Shown: one piece after another, positions 1-7,988 of the stretch | How the letters are laid out: each line of letters opens with the position of its first letter | Position numbering within the stretch: position 1 is the stretch's first letter | Origin: Catajapyx aquilonaris | Taxonomy: Eukaryota | Direction of reading: 5' to 3' | NCBI GenBank assembly: GCA_000934665.2 | Contig: JYFJ02001408.1 | Coordinates: forward strand, 61,311 to 81,310 | Length of the DNA stretch: 20,000 bases | Notes under the pieces: model-generated | The model's input: only the letters and a program-made list of their open reading frames with translations | Told to the model about the DNA's origin: nothing | The model's database searches: none | Translations under genes and position numbers: made by a program

Positions 1-1580
1 TTTTTGCCTTTTTTTCTTCTTTCTCTCCCCTCCAACTCTCCGCCCCCCCCCCCCTGCCCACCTCAAATTCTCCATAAAGAGGAAATGGAGGCGTCAAAGC
101 TCTTTTACCGACCTGACATCTTTTCTCTCCTTCCGAAGTCATTACAGTCCGGAGAGAGGGCACCGTTGCCCCCTGAACAAATTGACCCCACCTCTTTGGT
201 ATAGCAGTGGGGGAGTTGCCCCAGAAAAAAAATTGAGAGGAACCCACCTTTTACCTGTCACACTCTCCTGTAAATCGCCCTTCTAATTGGTCACTCGGCC
301 AGCCTGGGGGTCATCCATCACTTGTATGCTGGAAATAGGGGGGGTGAGTCTGTCTGTACCGATTTTTGGGGACCTTTTCACCATCGATGGGGGGGCTTGG
401 AGCAGGAAAAAGGGCAACGAAAATTGGTGTGGGGGAGAGGAAGAAGGACCATGCTGCGAGACAAGTTGGGCAAAAGAATAAAAGGAGTGCAGCACCACCA
501 AACAGCAGCTGTTCCCACCAACGTCAACCCAAATTACACTCATTTGTTTTTCACCTACTGCCACACATTTCTAGGGGGGCGTTGGTACTTTGCTTGTACA
601 CACCTGGTACATTGTCACTTTTTTGTTGTTAACAGGCATGAATGTTTTAATATGCACGGTGCGATTGATGGCAAAGAGTAATGATATCTGACAGGTTGCC
701 CATCATATTACGTAACCCTATTGTGTCACTAAAGTGTGACATCCCCTTTCTTATATAACCTCCATCTAGAAGAATTACACCACAACTTCTCGTTTTGACA
801 GCCCGCCAAAACACAAGTCTCTCACTCGAACAAGACAACAACGACAACAAAAAGAGAATCTGAAACCAGCAGGACTCGTATGATTTGTGACACGAGCAAG
901 ATTAGCAGCAGTTTCCAGCGCCAGAGAACAAGTCTCCGGAAATGCTGGATTGATTGCCCGATTAGTCGTTACAAGTGTCCCCCGCACATCAGAAGCGATT
1001 ATATGGCTGAAGATACATGGCGAGTGCCGGTTGGAACAGTTCCATCTACATCCGGCACATCGAGAAAATACCCCCCCTCTTCTCCTTTCTCAAGAAGAAG
1101 AAAAAAAGAAAGAGGTAAAAGTCAGCAAGCTTGGCGTCTTTGACAGAGCGCCAACAGCAATTTATCTTCCAGGACGACCGAAACTATTAGGGTGGAGTTT
1201 ATTATGCTCGTCCGGAATGAGATCCGGAGACCAGAGCCAGAGAAAACCCAAGCTATTAGGAAAGTAAACACAACCCTCCTTGATTTTTTTTTAAATCTAT
1301 CCAATGGTATGCAAATGAGGAACGTTTCATAGATTTCTGCTCCGGAGTTCCAGCCAATTTGTCTGTTTCGGACAGCTTTTTTTGAAGCTGGAGGCCTGCC
1401 TATTAAAAGTAACGAGTTGTCTCTTTTGTGAGGTCCCCCATCACCAAAAACCAGGGCTCTTAGGCGGCCCGACCATTTAGGCAACCAGGTGCTAATGGAC
1501 CCAGGTAAGGAGTTGGGGGCCGACGTGCTTCCCACCGACTTTATGGCTCTCTTTCGGCCCATTTGAAGTCACAACTCCCC

Positions 1581-1617
1581 CTCTCTCTCTCTCTAAAAAT
1601 AAAAATAAAATAAAAAT
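1581..1617. repeat. (CT)7 microsatellite followed by TAAAA(A) repeats
   Basis: ctctctctctctct then taaaaa taaaaa taaaa taaaaa. Confidence 0.85.
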
Positions 1618-2014
1618 ATACATACCCTCCACCCATCAGCTTTTTTGGGGGGGTGTAATGCAACTATCTCTATAGTCAGAGGAAGAAATATTCTTCAGGT
1701 GTCAAAATGATACGTTGCGTTAATGAAACGCGGTTACTGCTTCGAAGAAATTATTTTTTTAGTGATGCCTACTTATATGCCCGTTTATGAGACTGGTTGC
1801 CTTATAGTGCTGGAAATGAAACGGCGGTGACTTAATCGGCCACTTATTCACACCTTAATTGCCAGCGTGTATTAGCCATGATTTCTGAGTCTGAGTTAAA
1901 AAAGAAACGTTGTAAATGTGGCCCGGGCTGTAATAAGCTATAATAATGTGTACATGGTTGCTCTGCCCTATACCTTGTACTCCCAACAATCAGTTTAAGT
2001 GAAGAAAAAAAAAT

Positions 2015-2040
2015 CGAATAAATTTGAGCAACACCCTGTA
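2015..2040 (-). mobile_element. Tc1/mariner-like terminus remnant (reverse orientation)
   Basis: ACACCCTGTA at 2031-2040 is the reverse complement of TACAGGGTGT; no partner end found. Confidence 0.25.
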
Positions 2041-2066
2041 TTTCTCTCTGCTTCATTTTTTTCCAG

Positions 2067-2302
2067 GTTCAACATGCCAATACTCATCACCAGAGTCAAA
2101 GACAAGTCCGAAACCCTGTGGTTATGATGGATAAAAAATGACCGTACATCAGTTTAGCATAGCTGCTCATTACGCCCGTCCGATGGGTGGAAAATGACAC
2201 GCTATTATAACAGGCTGGACAAGACAGGTGGCGTCCGGCTAAGGTCTTTTGCACCGGCAAAGAAGTGAGAAAAGTGATGCCATGCAAGGTTTTCTCTATA
2301 AG
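2067..2302 (+). other. Possible upstream non-coding (5'UTR) exon
   Basis: Strong acceptor tttctctctgcttcattttttttcCAG-type tract ending at 2066 and donor-like AG|GTATGA at 2301-2308. All three frames close inside it. No transcript evidence. Confidence 0.25.
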
Positions 2303-3245
2303 GTATGACTGCTGCGGTGGTGACAAATGGATCCAGTTCCAGTGAACTCACGTCGCACTTTTTTTTGGCAAATCTTTTCCAATTTGGCCAAGATGAGATG
2401 TAAAATGTGGAATCAAGTGGCGTGGCCTCAATTTTTTTTCGTGTGAATAAAATCCATGGCGGCAGAGCTCATTGAACGCCGAGTTACGCAAGATTTATGA
2501 GATTGGGCTTAAAGAGTGGGGAAAAAATTATTCTTCGGTTTCTAGACGAAGTCGTTTTTGTCACAGATTGTTCCATTATGACGTGATTATTATTAAGCCC
2601 AAACTAGGAGCGAGAAAAAAAGGTTTGATGAAGTAATAAATTTCAGGTGCACGATATTGCTTTAATTGCTAAAAGCTAGTGGCAAATTTTATGACCGTTT
2701 ATTATAAAGGTTTGCGTGAGCATTTTCGTCCTTTTGCTGTACTTGCAAGGATTCTCCCATTATCAACTTTCTCATTGATTGGCATGGTTACCGTTAGTAA
2801 TTGACAGGTACACTACTATTACATTAGCTGGTTGTACAATATGCTTGCAACAAGAAGTACTTGTGTAATAATGATGCAACAATGCTCAAGACGATTCCGT
2901 GGTAACGTTGACATTTTGTTGACACTTTGTGTACACCCTGTGAAGACGTGAACATCTTCAATGATGATAAGTTTCTAGAAGCGACTTGAGCAGCTGAAGG
3001 TAAAGCTTGATCTACATGTACTGTACAAGAACTGCGCTGTGTTTATAGTACTAATAACAATGAAAAATTCAGAAGTTCAAAGTGAACTTTGAATCTCTTT
3101 CTGTAATATATTATGAAGGTAATATACCTTGCAAGGTATTATTATACTGACTGTGTGATTGGCTATATTTTTGCACATTGCTGCTAGTATTGTTTAACAA
3201 TTTAATTTTATGGTAAGCAGGACATTATTTCAATGGGAATCAGAA

Positions 3246-3286
3246 TTCTGATTCGGGTTAGTCCTCTCCTGTCACTTTTCCAGTAG
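3246..3286 (+). other. Candidate 3' splice acceptor upstream of the Kv coding exon (tandem NAGNAG, CAG/TAG)
   Basis: Branch-point-like TTCTGAT (3246-3252), pyrimidine tract gtcctctcctgtcacttttc (3261-3280), then CAG (3281-3283) and TAG (3284-3286), about 40 nt before the ATG. Confidence 0.55.
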
Positions 3287-3326
3287 GGGACATTTATTGG
3301 TTCTCAGCCCAGCAGCAGAAGCAACA

Positions 3327-4892
3327 ATGGCAGGAAGAATCATAGGAGGTGGAGGTGGCGAGGAGAGAATTTTGGCGATGGTCGAGTCTGCCCTCGAGCC
3401 TGTGGAGCAGCCGCCGGGACGGCGACACCTGCAGAAAGTGCCTCATCTGATGCGAGCCATGGAGAAGAGGTCCAAAAGCTCAGCGTACGACGACGATGAC
3501 GACGACGACGACATGCACGACCTCTTACAGCACAGCATCCCGCACGACCACGAGTTTTGCGAGCTGGTTGTGATCAACGTGAGCGGACTCCGGTTTGAGA
3601 CGCAGCTTCGGACTCTCAACCAGTTTCCGGACACCCTTCTGGGCGATCCGGCTAGAAGGATCAGTCATTACGACTTGGAAAAGGGCGAGTACTTTTTTGA
3701 CAGGAACAGGCCCAGCTTCGACGCGATATTGCACTACTACCAGAGCGGAGGAAGGTTGATGCGCCCGGTCAACGTTCCCTACGATGTGTTTGCGGAGGAG
3801 GTCAAGTTCTACGACCTAGGAGAGGCGGCCACCAACAGGTTCAGAGAGAACGAAGGTTTCTTCAATGAGGAGCACCACCAGCTGCCGACGAACGAGCTCC
3901 AGAAGAAGATCTGGCTCCTGTTCGAGCATCCTGAGAGCTCTCAGCACGCCAGAGTCGTGGCACTCATCTCAGTGTTTGTCATCGTCCTGTCCATCATCAT
4001 CTTTTGCCTGGAGACTCTTCCCACGTTCAAGCACTACAATAAGAAGAGCAACCCGGACGACAGTCAAGGCCAGCTGCAGTCCGATGATGATCCGGAGGTG
4101 ACCAGCCCTTTCTTTCTGATCGAGACCATATGCATCATATGGTTCACCTTCGAGCTGGGCGTCCGCTTCCTGTCCTGTCCCAACAAGTACGCGTTTTTCC
4201 AGAACTTAATGAACCTGGTGGACGGCATCGCGATCCTCCCTTACTTCGTAACCCTGGGGTCGATGGTGGCCGATATGGAGGAGAAGCTGATGACCAAGCC
4301 ACTGGCTCCACCTAAGGCGAAAACCGTCGGAAACGAGACCATGTATCTGGCCATCCTTCGAGTGATCCGGCTGGTTCGAATCTTCAGGATATTCAAGCTG
4401 TCCAGGCACTCCAAGGGCCTCCAGGTCCTGGGCAAGACGCTTCAGTCTTCGTGCAGGGAGCTGGCCCTCCTGGTGTTCTTCTTCGCCATCGGAGTGGTCC
4501 TGTTTTCCAGCGGGGTGTACTTCAGCGAGACGCGAGAGTGCGATGATTACGGCCACGTCAAGACAGGGTTAGTCATACCCCACGGCCAGCAAGAAGAGTG
4601 CTTCCAGTCCATTCCTCACGCCTTCTGGTGGGCTGTGATCACAATGACCACGGTCGGATACGGAGGGGTCAAGCCGGCCAGCGACCTAGGGAAGATCATC
4701 GGATCCCTCTGCGCTCTCAGCGGGGTGCTGACCATCGCGCTGACCGTTCCCGTGATAGTGTCCAACTTCAACTTCTACTACCACAGGGAAACGGATGAGG
4801 ACAACCACCATAAATGCGAACACGTCACTTCCTGTCCGTACCTAGGGGAGGTCAAGTACATCGGCGACGAAGACGGGGAGAGCAGGCGTTAA
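3327..4892 (+). CDS. Intronless Shaker-family (Kv1/KCNA-like) voltage-gated potassium channel alpha subunit, divergent paralog, 521 aa
   Basis: Uninterrupted ORF with T1 domain ([36 protein letters not shown]...[21 protein letters not shown]), S1-S3, intact S4 ([25 protein letters not shown]), pore ([14 protein letters not shown]), S6 (VIVSNF) and post-S6 HRETD...[11 protein letters not shown] 3327 is in a good Kozak context (gcaACAATGG); the ORF track's 3297 start is a TTG. Strong C/G-ending codon bias against AT-richer flanks. No symbol given because it looks like a paralog rather than the canonical Sh gene. Confidence 0.97.
   Translation: MAGRIIGGGGGEERILAMVESALEPVEQPPGRRHLQKVPHLMRAMEKRSKSSAYDDDDDDDDMHDLLQHSIPHDHEFCELVVINVSGLRFETQLRTLNQFPDTLLGDPARRISHYDLEKGEYFFDRNRPSFDAILHYYQSGGRLMRPVNVPYDVFAEEVKFYDLGEAATNRFRENEGFFNEEHHQLPTNELQKKIWLLFEHPESSQHARVVALISVFVIVLSIIIFCLETLPTFKHYNKKSNPDDSQGQLQSDDDPEVTSPFFLIETICIIWFTFELGVRFLSCPNKYAFFQNLMNLVDGIAILPYFVTLGSMVADMEEKLMTKPLAPPKAKTVGNETMYLAILRVIRLVRIFRIFKLSRHSKGLQVLGKTLQSSCRELALLVFFFAIGVVLFSSGVYFSETRECDDYGHVKTGLVIPHGQQEECFQSIPHAFWWAVITMTTVGYGGVKPASDLGKIIGSLCALSGVLTIALTVPVIVSNFNFYYHRETDEDNHHKCEHVTSCPYLGEVKYIGDEDGESRR
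3489..3512 (+). repeat. (GAC)n coding microsatellite encoding Asp8
   Basis: gacgacgatgacgacgacgacgac in frame, just upstream of T1. Confidence 0.9.
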
Positions 4893-4921
4893 ATCAAGGG
4901 TTGATGATCAACATGTCGAGT

Positions 4922-5213
4922 AATAAAAATTAATTGGAAGTTTAAATATTTTTGAACAAGAACATGATCAGAGTCACGCATTTCAGGTCTTCAGTTGACT
5001 TTTTTAATTTTTGAGCATAAGCAGCATTGCTGTGTTGCGACCGAATAGAAAGGATTGTCAGTAAAAAGAGTCCATGTATATATAGGTTGGATGATTTTTA
5101 ATGTGACGACCCAGTTTCTCTGCGAACACACAGAACCTCCGAGGAAAATAAAATGATGTGATCCGGATGAAATTAATAAGCACTAAGGTGTTAAAATATC
5201 CCCGAAAAATAAA
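4922..5213 (+). promoter_or_regulatory. Candidate polyadenylation signals for the Kv gene
   Basis: AATAAA at 4922-4927, 5147-5152 and 5208-5213 downstream of the stop codon; which is used is unknown. Confidence 0.45.
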
Positions 5214-7959
5214 AAAGCAGTATCTGGGTTACTAAGGATATTTTTGCATGAGGCTCATTCGTCATAATCATAACATTTCCTGTGTTTTTATTAGTGCTGC
5301 CAATATACAGTGTGGTGCGCTACCCAAGTCCCCAACAGCTCAAAGTGTATGAGGTAGAAGGTAAAGTTACGGATTACTTTAATTCAGGGGGGTAGCTTAT
5401 AGCGAGAAGCAACAATGAGCAGGGCCACAATCACTTGTGATTGTTGCTTGTCTTTAAACTGGTTCGACCTTTTTCGCCTACAACTCACAGACTTCACCAT
5501 TCTACACTTTGTATTACCCAGCTTTCGCCACAAGTACAACTCAAAAAAAGTTTCTCAGGATTGAGGCTGCATTACTGAGCAATTTTTACGTATGATATGA
5601 GTAACATACTGACCCAAAAATATCTGCCCGCTCTATAACCCCCCCCCCCCCTGCATACCAGAAGACTGATGCTTCTATTTGCATCTGACAAACCATGCAA
5701 CCCAGAATGACTGGCGGTGTTGTCACGCCTCAACTTCTTGCTGCTTTCTAATCCAATTCTGCTGTGATTACGCACATCAATTCAATTATTTGGATGGTAA
5801 CTAACGCACTATTTATTTATGAAGGCAAGGTCGCACGGAGGGAAGCATACCTGCTAGGATACGCTACATCTGTTATTGGAAATACGTGGCAGCAGATTCT
5901 GAAATTGTTGATATCAAGTTTTTCCGCCGCTTAATTTTGTGTGCTTGGTGCCAGTTTGGTGCCGGTTCCAAACTTAGCACCGCTGGCATAAAATCTTAGT
6001 TCAGAGAGAGGAAAAGAAAAGAAGTGGAAGGGAAGGGGGGTGGGGTTTCTTGGCAAGCTCGGTTATTAAAAACTGCAATCCAGGCGTGAGAATCCGAGTC
6101 TGACAAGGCGTCTGGCGGGATGAATGCGCACTCGACACCTGCCAGGTCCATCCCTTCAAGCTCAGAGGGACTCTGATCCTCAAGGTAAAACAGCATCCTG
6201 ACTAATGACGTAGCAGATGGACTGGATTACATGGGGGGCTAATTTGACAAGCCCGCGAAAACAAGCCCACTAAATTCTCCGAGTGACGTCGGCGACTCGG
6301 AAATGTTAAAGGACGGAGGAGGAGGGTAGAGGGGGAGGGGGGGGGGGGAACCAGTCAAGAGACAGAGTCCTTTCCGTCTCAGGACTGAATGCATCCCTGA
6401 CTATGTGCGAAAGACGCCAACTGCGCCCGTCGGCTCCGCTTGGAACCGCGATTAATGAAATGGCTGCCAACCGCATTCCATTTATAATGAGTTCAACTAA
6501 GGCAAATGCGATGACTTTCCACCCCAGGAGAGAGAGACCAACCAACCACCGAGCGACGCCAAAATCCCTAGAGCACTGCTGCTACGCCTTCCTAAATTCC
6601 TTCCGAATGACTTACGTCTTGAGATTTCACAAATTGCATTTGCACTCCGCTGTGTGCAAATTTTAGGAGACTAGGGGGGCGTGCTCAAGCCCAAGAAATT
6701 AATGGAGCTACTTGCATAAAATATACGCGGATCCTAAAGACCCCTGTCCATTTTGTGTCCATCCACACACACACACAGACGCTTCAATAATAATATACAA
6801 ATAAATGGCAACATGCATTTTTCACAAAAGTGGTTGGTTTCGAGCTGTCATATTTGAGCTCCAGTTGTGGTTGCAAATCTTGTCAACCAGGTCTTCTTGG
6901 CACACCGCTGCGTCACCAATTAGCAATTGGAAGTCCGGGTTGGTCATTTGGACTGTGCAACAATCCAAATGGTTGCTTCCAAACCGCACATACCATGTAC
7001 AGCATCTTAAAAAAAAATCCGGAGTGAGAGTGAAGAGAAGTCGGGAGGTTACAAGAAAGCAACTCCCGCAGCGTCTCTTCTGGCCGGGGCTGTAAATCAC
7101 CAGCGACATAAATTAAGATGCTTTATGGAGTGAAGAGCCCCGTAGGCTTCCGACACACACTGCTTCGTAGCTCCTCTTCTTTTTCTTCTTTTTTTTCTTT
7201 CTTTTCTGGCCAGATTTACGCATCCCATCTAGGAACCGACAGGAAGCACGCTCGCCTTCAGTCGCACACTGTGTTCTCTCAGCTTCTTAGCTTTCTGTCG
7301 CCAACTTGTATGGATACCCCCGGCGGTTTATATGCTGGCCACGTCATGTCTGGGATAATTAGCTCGTGCAGAGTGACCAAGGTTGAGGGGACAAGACAAC
7401 ACTGCGGGGGTGGGGGGAAGTCGGCACAACACTGAAGAAGACGGCCAACTAGAGGCAGATGGTTTGTAGAGGGGGAAATACTTCCAGCAGAGGCCTGGTT
7501 GTCATGTCAGGTTGACAGCCTGTCCCATCCGTGTAGTACTGAGAGTTACCCAAGCATGGTCCGATTCGTCTCGGGGTATAGTGTGGACTACAAAAATTGG
7601 GATTCGCCAGGTTGTAAGCAGCAAATTTTTTTTTGCGGATCCATCAACAAATGTTCATACACCCAAACTGCCAAAAAAATGGGCTCATCAGTAACCTGGA
7701 GGGAGTCAACCAACCGCGGGTGTTTCTCAGAGTATATGCTGCGTACACCTTTGAGAATCGGCGGCGAGTTTGCCAAGAATGCTATAGGACACACCTCCCT
7801 GCTTCTTTCTTTTCGGACGTTCCGGACACATTCCAGAGATCCGGCACATCAGGAACGAAATAGGCATCTTTCCGCTTCAGGGCCCAAGGATCCACTAAAC
7901 GGCGCTTCAACGGCCGCTACTTGATACTATACCGCCGCCTCTCCAGGGGTTTTTTCCCC

Positions 7960-7988
7960 CTTCTTCTTTCTTCTTCTTCTTCTTCTTT
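7960..7988. repeat. Imperfect (CTT)n microsatellite
   Basis: cttcttctttcttcttcttcttcttcttt. Confidence 0.85.

Noticed and set aside
308..319. GGGGTCATCCAT resembling a PIF/Harbinger MITE end
   Set aside because: Too short, with no partner inverted end or TAA/TTA target duplication.
802..1267. Possible coding exon after ttttgacAG, with overlapping 87-126 aa ORFs
   Set aside because: Low-complexity translations with no domain; cannot be supported without transcripts.
3297..3326. ORF-track start at 3297 ([10 protein letters not shown])
   Set aside because: It is a TTG codon; in a eukaryote the first in-frame ATG (3327), with a good Kozak context, is the more likely start.
3443..4798. Overlapping and antisense ORFs inside the Kv gene
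   Set aside because: Expected shadows of a GC-rich, codon-biased CDS; no recognisable motifs.
4341..4800. Genomically fixed A-to-I edits inherited from an edited Shaker mRNA
   Set aside because: Positions equivalent to Drosophila edit sites I recall (I360, I470, T489) still encode the unedited residues, and the filter GGG is not a simple A-to-G product of GAC/GAT.
3327..4892. Kv ORF as a processed pseudogene
   Set aside because: No frameshifts or stops despite substantial divergence, S4 and T1 cores are conserved, and codon bias is retained, which implies selection. dN/dS would be decisive.
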